Shown piece after piece: positions 10,505 through 19,753 of a DNA stretch of 24,000 nt. The DNA comes from Jiangellales bacterium (GTDB lineage Bacteria > Actinomycetota > Actinomycetes > Jiangellales > Jiangellaceae), in the NCBI GenBank assembly GCA_030447955.1, contig JAUJNY010000001.1:315381-339380 (forward strand). The letters run 5' to 3'. The number at the start of each line of letters is the position of its first letter. Position 1 is the stretch's first letter. The position numbers and the translations under genes were made by a program. Below the pieces are notes generated by a model. It was not told the origin of the DNA. It worked only from the letters and a program-made list of their open reading frames with translations, and did no database searches.

Positions 10505-11074
10505 GTGGCAGGCTGCGCCCCCGTGGACGAGCGGGACGTCGGTGACGACCTCGACCGAGTCCTGCTCAGCGAGCGGGACATCGCCGCCCGCATCGGCGAG
10601 CTAGCCGCCGACATCCGCCGCGACTACGAGGGCCGCGACCTGCTGCTCGTGGGTGTCCTCAAGGGTGCGGTCATGGTCATGGCGGACCTCGCCCGGGTCC
10701 TCGACCGCCACGTCGCGATGGACTGGATGGCGATCTCGTCCTACGGCTCCGGCACCCGCTCCAGCGGCGTGGTCCGCATCCTCAAGGACCTCGACGCGGA
10801 CATCAGCGCGCGCGACGTGCTCGTGGTGGAGGACATAGTCGACACCGGCCTCACCCTGTCCTGGCTGGTGTCCAACCTGCGCAGCCGCGGACCCGCGTCG
10901 GTCGAGGTCTGCACGCTGCTGCGCAAGCCGGAGGCGGCCAAGCTCGACGTGGACGTGCGCTACGTGGGTTTCGACATCCCCGACGCCTTCGTCGTCGGGT
11001 ACGGCCTGGACTACGCCGAGCGCTATCGCAACCTGCGCGTCGTGGCCACCCTCGCCCCGCACGTCTACTCCTGA
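10505..11074 (+). CDS. hpt: Hypoxanthine-guanine phosphoribosyltransferase
   Basis: 189 aa. [40 protein letters not shown] motif [30 protein letters not shown]. Start 10505 (GTG) could instead be GTG 10523. Confidence 0.92.
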   Translation: MAGCAPVDERDVGDDLDRVLLSERDIAARIGELAADIRRDYEGRDLLLVGVLKGAVMVMADLARVLDRHVAMDWMAISSYGSGTRSSGVVRILKDLDADISARDVLVVEDIVDTGLTLSWLVSNLRSRGPASVEVCTLLRKPEAAKLDVDVRYVGFDIPDAFVVGYGLDYAERYRNLRVVATLAPHVYS

Positions 11075-11103
11075 GCCGCATCGTCCACATCCCCATCCGC
11101 CCG

Positions 11104-11129
11104 GGAACACCGTCACGACCAGCGGCGTT
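11104..11129 (+). promoter_or_regulatory. ECF-sigma-type promoter motif upstream of ftsH
   Basis: GGAAC (11104-11108), 17 nt spacer, CGTT (11126-11129), in the 239 bp hpt-ftsH spacer about 185 nt upstream of the ftsH ATG. It matches the GGAAC-N16-17-CGTT class used by SigE/SigH-like ECF sigmas. Confidence 0.35.
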
Positions 11130-11313
11130 CTTGCGTACGGCGGGTCGCCCGCGCCGGTTTAGCCGGGGCCGGCGTCGCCGCGGCGGTGTACCGTCTAGGG
11201 ACTCGACATGGTGGGGCCAGGCCCCGCCGGTCCGGGCCGCGGGACCCGGGTGCGCGAAGCATCCGTGCCCGGGCGTCAGATGGCGAGGAGGGACGGGGCC
11301 GCGGTCCCGCGTC

Positions 11314-13335
11314 ATGAACGTCAAACGCATCTTCCGAGGGCCGATCTTCTGGATCGTCTTCGTCGTCGTGGGCTTCCTACTGATCGGGCAGCTGGTCACC
11401 TCGACCAGCGGCTACGACCAGGTAGACACGGCCCGGATCTTCGCCGAGCTGGAGGCCGAGAACGTCCAGTCGGCCAAGCTGGTCGGCGGCGAGGACCCCG
11501 AGGTGCAACTGACCCTCCAAGACGGCAGTCGCATCCGTGCTGACTACGTGGAGGCCGAGCAGCAGCCACTGGCGACCATGCTGCGGGGACAGGACAAGAG
11601 CGGCGCCCTCCCCGACGGCTGGACCTCGGACGTTCCCACACCCAGCTTCCTGGCCACGGTCCTCGGGACGCTGCTGCCCTTCATCCTGCTCGCCGCCTTG
11701 ATCCTCTTCTTCATGAACCAGGTCCAGGGCGGCGGCAGCCGGGTCATGAACTTCGGCAAGTCCAAGGCCAAGCTGATCAGCAAGGACATGCCCAAGACCA
11801 CCTTCGCCGACGTCGCCGGCTGCGCCGAGGCCCTGGAGGAGCTGGAGGAGATCAAGGAGTTCCTCCAGGAGCCGGCCAAGTTCCAGGCCGTCGGCGCCAA
11901 GATCCCCAAGGGCGTGTTGCTGTACGGGCCTCCGGGCACCGGCAAGACGCTGTTGGCCCGGGCGGTCGCCGGTGAGGCGGGGGTGCCGTTCTACTCGATC
12001 TCCGGATCCGACTTCGTCGAGATGTTCGTCGGCGTCGGTGCCTCCCGGGTGCGTGACTTGTTCGAGCAGGCCAAGGCGAACGCCCCAGCCATCGTCTTCG
12101 TCGACGAGATCGACGCCGTCGGCCGGCACCGCGGCGCCGGCCTCGGCGGCGGCCACGACGAGCGGGAGCAGACCCTCAACCAGCTGCTGGTCGAGATGGA
12201 CGGGTTCGACGTCAAGGGCGGCATCATCCTCATCGCCGCCACCAACCGTCCCGACATCCTCGACCCCGCCCTGCTGCGCCCCGGGCGCTTTGACCGGCAG
12301 ATCGCCGTCGAGCCGCCCGACTTGCGGGGGCGGCAGAAGATCCTCGAGGTGCACGCCCGCGGCAAGCCCTTGGACAGCGACGTCGACCTCGCCGCGGTGG
12401 CGCGGCGTACGCCTGGGTTCACCGGTGCCGACCTCGCCAACGTCCTCAACGAGGCCGCGCTGCTGACGGCCCGGGCCAGCCGCAAGCTGATCGACGCGGA
12501 GGCGCTGGACGAGGCGATCGACCGGGTGGTCGCGGGCCCGCAGAAGCGGTCGCGGTTGATGAGCGACAAGGAAAAGAAGATCACCGCTTACCACGAGGGC
12601 GGCCACGCGCTCGTGGCCGCCGCCATGCACCACACCGACCCGGTGCACAAGGTGACGATCCTGGCCCGCGGCCGCGCCCTGGGCTACACGATGGTGCTGC
12701 CGGAGGAGGACAAGTACTCCACCACGCGCAACGAGATGCTCGACCAGCTCGCGTACATGATGGGTGGCCGGGCGGCCGAGGAGATGGTCTTCCACGACCC
12801 CACGACAGGGGCCGCCAACGACATCGAGAAGGCCACCGGGCTGGCCCGCAAGATGGTCACCCAGTTCGGCATGACGGAGCGCCTCGGCGCAATCAAGTTT
12901 GGCCAGGACCGCTCGGAGGTCTTCCTGGGCCGTGACCTGGGGCACGAGCGCGACTACTCCGAGAGTGTCGCCGCTGTCGTCGACGAGGAGGTGCGCCGGC
13001 TCATCGACGCCGCGCACCAGGACGCCTTCGACGTGCTGGAGGACAACCGCGACATCCTGGACGCCCTCGTCAGCCAGCTGCTCGAGAAGGAGACCCTGGA
13101 CAGGGACGAGGTGGCGCAGATCTTCACCGGCATCCGCAAGCGCGAGGCACGTCCCGCGTGGACCGGTTCGGCGACGCGCCGTCCCTCCGAACGGCCCCCG
13201 GTGCTAAGCCCTCGGGAGGTCGCGGCGGCCAACGGCTCCTCGCCGAACGGCTCCCACGCGCTCGGCAACGGGCACGCCCAGCAGCCGCAGCCGGTCGGCG
13301 AGCACGCGGAGCGCGTCGAGGGTCCCGAGAGCTGA
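11314..13335 (+). CDS. ftsH: ATP-dependent zinc metalloprotease FtsH
   Basis: Start moved to ATG 11314 ([25 protein letters not shown], first TM). Walker A GPPGTGKT, Walker [12 protein letters not shown] region, zinc site HEGGH. The upstream 61 codons of ORF 11131 are Arg/Gly-rich and non-homologous. Confidence 0.95.
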   Translation: MNVKRIFRGPIFWIVFVVVGFLLIGQLVTSTSGYDQVDTARIFAELEAENVQSAKLVGGEDPEVQLTLQDGSRIRADYVEAEQQPLATMLRGQDKSGALPDGWTSDVPTPSFLATVLGTLLPFILLAALILFFMNQVQGGGSRVMNFGKSKAKLISKDMPKTTFADVAGCAEALEELEEIKEFLQEPAKFQAVGAKIPKGVLLYGPPGTGKTLLARAVAGEAGVPFYSISGSDFVEMFVGVGASRVRDLFEQAKANAPAIVFVDEIDAVGRHRGAGLGGGHDEREQTLNQLLVEMDGFDVKGGIILIAATNRPDILDPALLRPGRFDRQIAVEPPDLRGRQKILEVHARGKPLDSDVDLAAVARRTPGFTGADLANVLNEAALLTARASRKLIDAEALDEAIDRVVAGPQKRSRLMSDKEKKITAYHEGGHALVAAAMHHTDPVHKVTILARGRALGYTMVLPEEDKYSTTRNEMLDQLAYMMGGRAAEEMVFHDPTTGAANDIEKATGLARKMVTQFGMTERLGAIKFGQDRSEVFLGRDLGHERDYSESVAAVVDEEVRRLIDAAHQDAFDVLEDNRDILDALVSQLLEKETLDRDEVAQIFTGIRKREARPAWTGSATRRPSERPPVLSPREVAAANGSSPNGSHALGNGHAQQPQPVGEHAERVEGPES

Positions 13336-13340
13336 ACGCG

Positions 13341-13982
13341 GTGGCGACCGACGCCCCGCCCGCCGGCCCGGCCGACGCCCCGGACCTGCTCGGTCCCATG
13401 CCGGCACGTTTCGACCACGCGCGGGTAGCAGCGGCGATCCGCGAGCTGCTCCTTGCCATCGGCGAGGACCCCGACCGAGACGGCCTGCGCGAGACCCCGG
13501 TGCGGGTGGCGCGGGCTTACGAGGAGATGTTCCGCGGACTTCGCATGGAGGCCGAGGACGTGCTCGCCACCACGTTCGACCTCGGGCACGGTGAGCTGGT
13601 GCTGGTCAAGGACATCGAGGTGCAGTCGATGTGCGAGCACCACCTGGTGCCGTTCCACGGCGTCGCGCACGTCGGCTACATCCCCGGCGAGGACGGCCGC
13701 ATCACTGGGCTGTCCAAACTGGCGCGGCTGGTGGACGTGTACGCCAAGCGTCCGCAGGTGCAGGAGCGGCTGACGACGCAGGTGGCCGAGGCGCTCGTCC
13801 GCATCCTGCAGCCGCGAGGTGTGCTCGTCGTCGTCGAGTGTGAGCACCTCTGCATGACGCTGCGCGGTGTCCGCAAGCCCGGGGCCAAGACGGTGACGTC
13901 CGCCGTCCGTGGCCAGCTGCGGGACGCGGCCACCCGGGCCGAGGCGATGGCTCTGCTGTTGGGGCGGACCGCGCCCGGCTGA
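13341..13982 (+). CDS. folE: GTP cyclohydrolase I
   Basis: Conserved core [71 protein letters not shown]. The start is ambiguous: GTG 13341 (5 nt after the ftsH stop) or ATG 13398. Confidence 0.9.
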   Translation: MATDAPPAGPADAPDLLGPMPARFDHARVAAAIRELLLAIGEDPDRDGLRETPVRVARAYEEMFRGLRMEAEDVLATTFDLGHGELVLVKDIEVQSMCEHHLVPFHGVAHVGYIPGEDGRITGLSKLARLVDVYAKRPQVQERLTTQVAEALVRILQPRGVLVVVECEHLCMTLRGVRKPGAKTVTSAVRGQLRDAATRAEAMALLLGRTAPG

Positions 13983-13993
13983 GCCGGTAGCGC

Positions 13994-14056
13994 GCCTCGT
14001 CCGCTGACCGCCGCTTGAGCCGCAGTCCGCCGACCGACGGCCTCGTCCGCTGACCG
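13994..14056. repeat. 17 bp exact direct repeat (GCCTCGTCCGCTGACCG) at 13994-14010 and 14040-14056
   Basis: Read directly from the sequence. The two copies are 46 bp apart, in the non-coding folE-folP spacer. Confidence 0.85.
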
Positions 14057-14106
14057 ACGCAAGAACCCGTACCCGAGGCGCGGCCGTGTCCCGCCCACCG
14101 CCTGTC

Positions 14107-14260
14107 GCGCCCAAGGGGCCCTTGCCCGCATCCCCGCCGCGTCCAAGGGCCCCTTGCCCGCGCTTTACGCGGTCAACGGCCCCTTGCGCGCATTGGACCG
14201 GCGCACCAAGGGTCCCTTGCGCGCATTGGACGGCGCATCCCAGGGTCCTTACCACCGCGG
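14107..14260. repeat. Five tandem 28-33 bp units, each centred on a palindrome CCAAGGG-N-CCCTTG (minisatellite / MIRU-like array)
   Basis: Units start at 14107, 14139, 14172, 14201 and 14233. Cores are CCAAGGGGCCCTTGCCCGC, CCAAGGGCCCCTTGCCCGC, CAACGGCCCCTTGCGCGCATTGGAC, CCAAGGGTCCCTTGCGCGCATTGGAC and a degenerate CCCAGGGTCCTTACC. The units are contiguous, with no unique spacers. Confidence 0.8.
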
Positions 14261-14283
14261 GCGGGCGGGCGTAGCGTGCGGGC

Positions 14284-15174
14284 GTGAATGCGTCCGTCGC
14301 CAGCCTGCCGGGCGCCGGGCGCCCCGCTGCCTACGCCGCGGGCCTCCCCACCCCACCGCGCTGCCTGGTCATGGGAGTCCTCAACGTCACCCCGGACTCG
14401 TTCAGCGACGGTGGCCGGTGGCTAGACGGCCCGGCTGCTGTTGCGCACGGGCTCGAGTTGGCCGCGCAAGGCGCCGACATCGTCGACGTGGGCGGTGAGT
14501 CGACGCGCCCGGGAGCCGACCGGCCACCGGTCGCCGAAGAGCTGCGCCGGGTGCTGCCGGTGGTGCGGGAGCTCGTCGCGGCGGGCGTCGTCGTCAGCGT
14601 CGACACGATGCGCGCCGCAGTGGCGGAGCAGGCACTCGACGCGGGGGCGCGCATGGTGAACGACGTGTCCGCCGGGTGCGCCGACCCGGGGATGCTGTCG
14701 CTGGTCGCGGCGGTGGGTGTCCCGTACGTGGGCATGCACTGGCGCGGGCACTCGGATCGGATGCAGGACGCCGCGGTCTACGACGACGTGGTCGTCGAGG
14801 TCGTCGCCCACCTACGCCGGCGCGCGGAGGCAGCGCTCGACGCGGGGATCCGTCCGGCGCAGCTTGTGCTCGACCCAGGGCTCGGCTTCGCCAAGGAGCC
14901 GGCCCACAACTGGGCGCTGCTCGGTCGGCTGGCGGAGGTCGTGGCGCTCGGACACCCCGTCCTCGTCGGCGCTTCTCGCAAGAGTTTCCTCGGCAGCCTG
15001 CTCGCTGACCCGGTGACCGGGGATCCGCGTCCCCCGGCTGAGCGCGAGGCGGCGACCGCAGCCGTGTCGACGTTGTGCGCCGCGGCGGGCGTGTGGTGCG
15101 TGCGGGTCCACGAGGTGCCGCCCAACCTGGACGCGGTCCGGGTGGCCGCCCGTTGGGCGGCGGAGGCTCGGTGA
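14284..15174 (+). CDS. folP: Dihydropteroate synthase
   Basis: 296 aa. VMGVLNVTPDSFSDGG, DIVDVGGESTRPGA, SVDTMRA, MVNDVS, LDPGLGFAK, VLVGASRKSFLG, VRVHEV. The start (GTG 14284) is uncertain, and about 28 residues precede the conserved core. Confidence 0.92.
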   Translation: MNASVASLPGAGRPAAYAAGLPTPPRCLVMGVLNVTPDSFSDGGRWLDGPAAVAHGLELAAQGADIVDVGGESTRPGADRPPVAEELRRVLPVVRELVAAGVVVSVDTMRAAVAEQALDAGARMVNDVSAGCADPGMLSLVAAVGVPYVGMHWRGHSDRMQDAAVYDDVVVEVVAHLRRRAEAALDAGIRPAQLVLDPGLGFAKEPAHNWALLGRLAEVVALGHPVLVGASRKSFLGSLLADPVTGDPRPPAEREAATAAVSTLCAAAGVWCVRVHEVPPNLDAVRVAARWAAEAR

Positions 15175-15300
15175 GCCGCCGGAAACTCCCCCCGGTACTG
15201 TCGGCGCGGACGCGGGACGGCCTCGACCGCACGTGCCGCGCAGTGCCGCTGCTCCCGACGTTGTCGTCCTTCGTCGTCCGCCCGGTTGAGAGGGAGGGCC

Positions 15301-15690
15301 GTGGACTCCGCCCTGGCTGCCGCGCCGGTCACTGACCGGCTGTCCCTGCGCGGCATCCGTGTGCGCGGGCATCACGGCGTCCTGCCCGCCGAACGCCAAC
15401 GCGGCCAGGACTTCGTCGTCGATGTCGAGTTGTGGCTCGACACGCGGGCCGCCGCGGCGACCGACAACCTCGGTAGAACCGTCGACTACGGCGAGCTGGC
15501 GGCGGCGGTGGCGACCGTTGTCGGCGGTGAGCCGGTAGACCTCATCGAGACCTTGGCCGCGCGGATCGCGCAGACGTGCCTGGCCGAGGCGCTGGTCGCG
15601 GAGGTCCAGGTGAGCGTCCACAAGCCGCAGGCACCGCTGCCGGTGCCGGTGGCCGATGTGTGCGTGACGATCCGGAGGTCCCGCTCGTGA
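15301..15690 (+). CDS. folB: Dihydroneopterin aldolase
   Basis: Start moved to GTG 15301, with GAGAGGGAGGG immediately upstream. DRLSLRGIRVRGHHGVLPAERQRGQDFVVDVELW...VHKPQAPLPV...V.IRRSR matches FolB. Confidence 0.88.
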   Translation: MDSALAAAPVTDRLSLRGIRVRGHHGVLPAERQRGQDFVVDVELWLDTRAAAATDNLGRTVDYGELAAAVATVVGGEPVDLIETLAARIAQTCLAEALVAEVQVSVHKPQAPLPVPVADVCVTIRRSRS

Positions 15691-16256
15691 CCAACGCACC
15701 GAACCCGTACATCGTGGACACCGACACCCTGACTGGCGACCTGCGGCCGTTGCGTCGCGCGGCCTTCGCGCTGGGCAGCAACCTCGGTTCGCGCCGCGAC
15801 AACCTGCAGGGGGCGGTCGACGCCCTGACCGAGGCCCCCGAGGTCTTCCCGGTCGCCGTGTCACCGGTGTACGAGGCCGACCCGGTCGGCGGCCCCGAGC
15901 AGCAGCCGCAGTTCCTCAACGCCGTACTGATCGTGGACACCACGCTGTCGGTGCACACGCTGCTCGACCGGGCGCTCGCCACCGAGGACGCCTTCGGCCG
16001 CGAGCGGGAGGTCCGCTGGGGCCCGCGTTCTCTCGACGTCGACCTGCTCGCGGTCGGCGACCGGGTCGTCGACGAGCCGGCGTGCACGATCCCGCACCCG
16101 CGGATCGCCGAGCGCGCGTTCGTGCTCGTCCCGTGGGCGGACGTCGACCCCGACTTCCCGGTGCCGGGGCTGGGCCGGGTGGCCGACCTACGCGACAAGG
16201 TGGGGTCGGCCGGCGTGACCCGCGTCGCCGACTTCTCCCTGCACCTGTCCGGCTGA
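15687..16256 (+). CDS. folK: 2-amino-4-hydroxy-6-hydroxymethyldihydropteridine pyrophosphokinase
   Basis: GTG 15687 overlaps the folB stop (GTGA), and GGAGG lies 8 nt upstream. AFALGSNLG, PVYE..PVGGP.QP.FLNAV, RWGPR.LDVDLL, IPHPR..ERAFVLVPW. Confidence 0.9.
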   Translation: MTNAPNPYIVDTDTLTGDLRPLRRAAFALGSNLGSRRDNLQGAVDALTEAPEVFPVAVSPVYEADPVGGPEQQPQFLNAVLIVDTTLSVHTLLDRALATEDAFGREREVRWGPRSLDVDLLAVGDRVVDEPACTIPHPRIAERAFVLVPWADVDPDFPVPGLGRVADLRDKVGSAGVTRVADFSLHLSG

Positions 16257-16263
16257 CCGGCCG

Positions 16264-16743
16264 GTGACGCGGACGAGTCCGCGGCTGCTCGTCCTCCTCG
16301 GGCTCGCCGCCGCACCCGTCGGCTGGACCGTCGGCGGCATCGTCGACACGCTGGCGGTCGGCCCGCCGCAGGTCCCTCGGCTCACCCCGGTGCTCGTGGG
16401 CTTCCTTGCGGCGTTGCTCGCAGTGCTGGCCTTGGCCGCCCGGGGCTGGGTCGCCGAGCGGCGCTACGACCGCAGGATCGACGCGCTCGTCGTTGCCCGT
16501 CTCGTGGTGCTGGCCAAGGCGAGCGCCGTCTTCGGGGCGCTGGCGGCCGGCGGGTACGGCGGCTTCGCCGCACTGGCGCTGCGTGAGAGCGGCTTGTTCG
16601 CGGGCTCCGAGCGGCCCGTCGTCGCCGCGCTCACCGCGCTCGCCGGGGTCGCCGTCGCTGTCGCGGCGTGTTGGCTGGAGCGGTCGTGCACGGTCCCTCC
16701 ACGCGACGACGAGGAGGCGCCTCCGCTCGCGCCCTCGACGTGA
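16264..16743 (+). CDS. DUF3180 family membrane protein (Rv3605c-like; conserved partner of the fol operon)
   Basis: 159 aa with four predicted hydrophobic segments. It lies immediately after folK, as in mycobacteria and streptomycetes. Confidence 0.7.
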   Translation: MTRTSPRLLVLLGLAAAPVGWTVGGIVDTLAVGPPQVPRLTPVLVGFLAALLAVLALAARGWVAERRYDRRIDALVVARLVVLAKASAVFGALAAGGYGGFAALALRESGLFAGSERPVVAALTALAGVAVAVAACWLERSCTVPPRDDEEAPPLAPST

Positions 16744-16808
16744 TCGCGCCTAATAGTTCGCTCACCCGCCGAGTGTCCCCCTCCCCGAGACATGGGACGC
16801 TTCGAGAC

Positions 16809-18078
16809 GTGACCGCGGCCCCACCGGATGCCTCGACGATGGCCGTGGGGGCGTTGGGGTGGCTTCTCGGGTCGGCGCGCGACACCCCGACGGTCTGGCG
16901 TGGGCGGGTACTGCGGACGATGACGATCTCGACCCCACGCTGTACAGCGGTGCGGCGGGAATCGTGCTCGCGTTGCTCGAGGGCTATGGCCACTTCGGTG
17001 ACGCCCGCTATGCCGATGCCGCCTTCCGCGGCGGCAGGGCATCGCCGCCGTCGTTCCCCACTGGCGTCCCTGCTCCTTGTACTTCGGTCTGACCGGGATG
17101 GCTGTCGCGTTGCGCGCGGTTGACGACCTGCTCGGAGACCCAGCTGTCTGCGTGGCGGCAGACCGCGCCTTGCAACTGGTGCGCTCACGGTTTGATGGGG
17201 AACGGTGGAGTGATCAGTTCGAACTGCTCGGCGGTAACGCCGGAATCGCGCTGGGCGCGCTGAGCGTCGGTGACGTCGAGTTGGCCATCCTCGCAGTGAC
17301 GCCGTACCTGCACAGAGCCGAACCGACCGCCAGCGGCGTCCAATGGGAGGTACGCGCTGGAATGCCGGCGCGGTTCCATCACATCTCACACGGAACGCTG
17401 GGCATCGTTCAGGCCTTGGCCGCCGTCGGCCGAGCGGCCGGTCGATCAGATCTGACCGAGCTGGCGCTGGCCGGTGCCGCGGACGTCGTGGCCCGCAGCG
17501 AGGCCGACCAAGAGGGCTTTCTGGTCCCGCACTCCGACCCGCAGCACAAGCCGGACCTGATCGAGCGCTACAGCTATGGGTGGTGCCACGGCCCGGCGGG
17601 GGACGCCCAAGTGTTCCGGCTGCTCGGGGCAGTGACCCACGACCCGGCGTGGCAAGCCCTGACGGACAGGTGCTGGCACACCGTCACCCAGTCCGGCCTG
17701 CCGAGACAGGTCTGACCCGGCTTTTGGGACAACAGCGGTCGCTGCTGCGGGACGGCGGGGGTGCTAGCGCTCGCGTGCGACCGCTACGTCGAACGGGGCG
17801 ACGAACTGAGCTTCGCGAACATCCTCGTCGACGACCTCGCATCGCGCGCAACCACGGACGCCGACGGTGTGCGCTGGTCGAACCGCGAGCACCGGCTCAC
17901 CCCGAGCAAGCTGCAGCCCCGGACCGGATGGGCGATGGGCAACGCCGGCATCGTTCGAGAGCTGCTCCGGTTCATCCGCGCCAGCAATGGAGGAGACCCG
18001 GCCTACGCCATTGCGTGGCCGGACCAGCCAGCCGCAAGTACGTCGGCTCCGTACCAGCGCACTGACGCGTCTCGCTAG
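16809..18078 (+). pseudogene. LanC-like (lanthionine synthetase C family) protein, disrupted by two frameshifts and one in-frame TGA
   Basis: Homologous sequence is spread over three frames. Frame 0: ..MAVGALGWLLGSARDTP. Frame 2 (16859-17040): DGLAWAGTADDDDLDPTLYSGAAGIVLALLEGYGHFGD. Frame 1 (about 17040-18078): SLYFGLTGMAVAL, GGNAGIALGAL, HISHGTLGIV, YGWCHGPAGD, then GLPRQV-TGA(17713-17715)-PGFWDNSGRCCGTAGVLALACD, GWAMGNAGIVREL. The LanC GxxG repeats and Zn-ligand Cys/His motifs are present. Confidence 0.75.
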
Positions 18079-18127
18079 CCGGTCCTCTTTGCGCACGTGG
18101 TTAGACGACCTCGCCTGTCGCTACTCG

Positions 18128-18367
18128 CTACTGGTGGCGGGGGACGAGCTGTACGCACTCCGCGCAGCGTTGGCGCGGCGCCGGTCCGCTCCACGGCAAC
18201 TCCGGGCGAACAAGGTAGCTGCGTCGCGTGATGGGGTGAGCTCCCGCGCCGGACTCCGCGTCATACGCGTGCACCACAGTGTCGTCAATGATATGGCGCC
18301 CAGCGGGGTCTTGATCCGCCTGCTCAACTGCCATCACCCATTCTGCCACAAGCCCATATTGCCACAC
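18128..18367 (-). CDS. Hypothetical small protein (79 aa; possibly a gene remnant)
   Basis: ORF only. GC3 is about 72%, and the overlapping plus-strand frame scores similarly, so coding is not discriminated. It contains one CxxC (RCAECV). I recognise no homology. Confidence 0.2.
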   Translation of the reverse strand: MWQYGLVAEWVMAVEQADQDPAGRHIIDDTVVHAYDAESGAGAHPITRRSYLVRPELPWSGPAPRQRCAECVQLVPRHQ

Positions 18368-18478
18368 AGTGCCCCGCGCCTACCACGGCCCGCGTGACGG
18401 TGAGCGATTCTCTGATTGCTTAGCGGACGTCCCCCGCTGGGAGCCGCTGGTCAGTGGAAGCATTCGGGAAGTTGGTCG

Positions 18479-19753
18479 TCAGTGGAGCTCTTCCACGTTC
18501 TCCAGTGGAGTCTTGAGCGGGGTGAGCGCCTTAGCGACATGGCCGGCGATGGCGAACGGGACAAGCAGCGCCGCGAAGCAAAGCACTGCCGTGGGAGCGC
18601 TGAACTGGTCCGAGAGCCAGCCGACCAGCAGCATGCCGAGCCAGACTAGTGACTGGGCGGCGAAGTTGGAGACAGCTCCCACGCGCCCGATGAGCCGATC
18701 TGGGACGACAACGGTGGTGTAGGCCTCCCACACCGACGCGGTCGGCACGGTAGCGAAAACCATCACGGAGGCCGCGAGGGCAATCTGCCACGGCCGCGAG
18801 GCCAGCGCCGCAAGGCCGAGGCAGACGACGTAGATCCAGCCGCCCAGCAGGAAGACCCGGCGTGAACCCAGTCTCCTGATGATGAACCCGGTCAGGACTG
18901 AGCCGAGGATTCCACCGGCCACGACGGCGGAGCTAGTCACTCCGATGATGTTCGGGTTCGCGCCCCGATGCTTGAGCAGCGCCACCAGCATCAACAGGAA
19001 GCTGTTGCCGACCATGTTGGCCACCGCGACCCAGGCTGTCATGTAGCGCAGGAACTCCTGCCTGCGCACGAAACTCATGCCCTCGCCGATGTCGGAGATC
19101 ACTCTGCCCCACCCGGCCCGGTCGCCCTCCTTGGCATGCTGGGTGCTCTCACCCCGCTCCGGGCCGAGCGGACGGCGAATCAGGGCCGAGCCCGCGGCGG
19201 CGAAGATGAAAGACAGTGCGTCGGCGCCGAAAGGCAGCCAGCGCGACACAGTGAACAGGAAGGCGGCCAGCGGCGAGCCAACGAGCTGCGCCGCCATCGC
19301 CATGCCCTGCTCCTGAGCCGCGCGGGCAGCGAACTGCTCCCGCGGTACGATCCGACGCAGCGCCGGCAGGACCGCGCTCTGCTTGACGCCGAGCAAAGCT
19401 CCGTCGACCAGCGAGGCGCCGGCCAGAAGTGGGATCAGCACGTGTCCGGCGTGAACGGACCAGGCCACCAAGGCCATGAGGACGGCCTCCGCCAGCGGCA
19501 CGGTGACGAGGATCAGCCTCCGGGAGACTCGGTCGGCCAACACCCCGCCCCACAGCGTGGTAAGGAGATAACCGATCCGTCCCGTCGCCGCAATCACACC
19601 CGCGTCAAACACCGAGCCGGTTGTGAACACCACCAGGAGCGGGAAGGCCATGACCGACACGTAGCTCCCGACAAGCGAGAACGCATTTCCGGTCCACCAG
19701 CACATGTAGTCGCGGTTGCGCCAAAGCGACGGCGGAGGTCCGCGGCCCTGCAT
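18479..19753 (-). CDS. MFS transporter (12-TM type; resembles the MFS_3/EntS-like exporters commonly paired with ArsR-like regulators)
   Basis: Start set to ATG 19753 (MQGRGPPPSLWRNRDYMCWWTGNAFSLVGSY...). About 424 aa and hydrophobic throughout, with the motif GGVLADRVSRRL (MFS motif A-like). The longer ORF to 20380 overlaps the regulator in another frame. Confidence 0.85.
   Translation of the reverse strand: MQGRGPPPSLWRNRDYMCWWTGNAFSLVGSYVSVMAFPLLVVFTTGSVFDAGVIAATGRIGYLLTTLWGGVLADRVSRRLILVTVPLAEAVLMALVAWSVHAGHVLIPLLAGASLVDGALLGVKQSAVLPALRRIVPREQFAARAAQEQGMAMAAQLVGSPLAAFLFTVSRWLPFGADALSFIFAAAGSALIRRPLGPERGESTQHAKEGDRAGWGRVISDIGEGMSFVRRQEFLRYMTAWVAVANMVGNSFLLMLVALLKHRGANPNIIGVTSSAVVAGGILGSVLTGFIIRRLGSRRVFLLGGWIYVVCLGLAALASRPWQIALAASVMVFATVPTASVWEAYTTVVVPDRLIGRVGAVSNFAAQSLVWLGMLLVGWLSDQFSAPTAVLCFAALLVPFAIAGHVAKALTPLKTPLENVEELH

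Noticed and set aside
11131-11313. 61-codon N-terminal extension of ftsH, and similar extensions of rpf (7484), folE (13158), folK (15576), the SBP (4428), the PP2C-like gene (22600) and the CBS ATPase (23950)
   Set aside because: The extensions are Arg/Gly/Pro-rich, overlap upstream genes or regulatory RNA, and precede the points where homology, signal peptides or SD sequences indicate the true starts.
14107-14260. Tandem palindromic repeats as a CRISPR array
   Set aside because: The units are contiguous with no unique spacers between them. They are degenerate and have irregular length, and there are no cas genes.
14086-14274. 62 aa ORF (PKGPLPASPP...APCAHWTGAPRVPCAHWT) in the folE-folP spacer
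   Set aside because: Its sequence is just the translated DNA repeat. There is no start context and no homology.
13983-14283. ZTP/THF-type folate-related riboswitch ahead of folP
   Set aside because: No match to the conserved ZTP (GGGUCGUGAC...CCGCCUGGGCA) or THF cores. The region is explained by the repeats.
17713-17715. In-frame TGA in the LanC-like gene as selenocysteine or programmed readthrough
   Set aside because: The same gene also has two frameshifts. The position does not correspond to a catalytic Cys, and I see no evident SECIS-like hairpin immediately downstream. Nonsense mutation is the simplest reading.
16809-18478. LanC-like gene plus nearby small Cys-containing ORFs as a lanthipeptide (RiPP) cluster
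   Set aside because: There is no dehydratase or kinase-lyase gene. The small ORFs lack a Ser/Thr/Cys-rich core or any leader-like features, and the LanC-like gene itself is disrupted.
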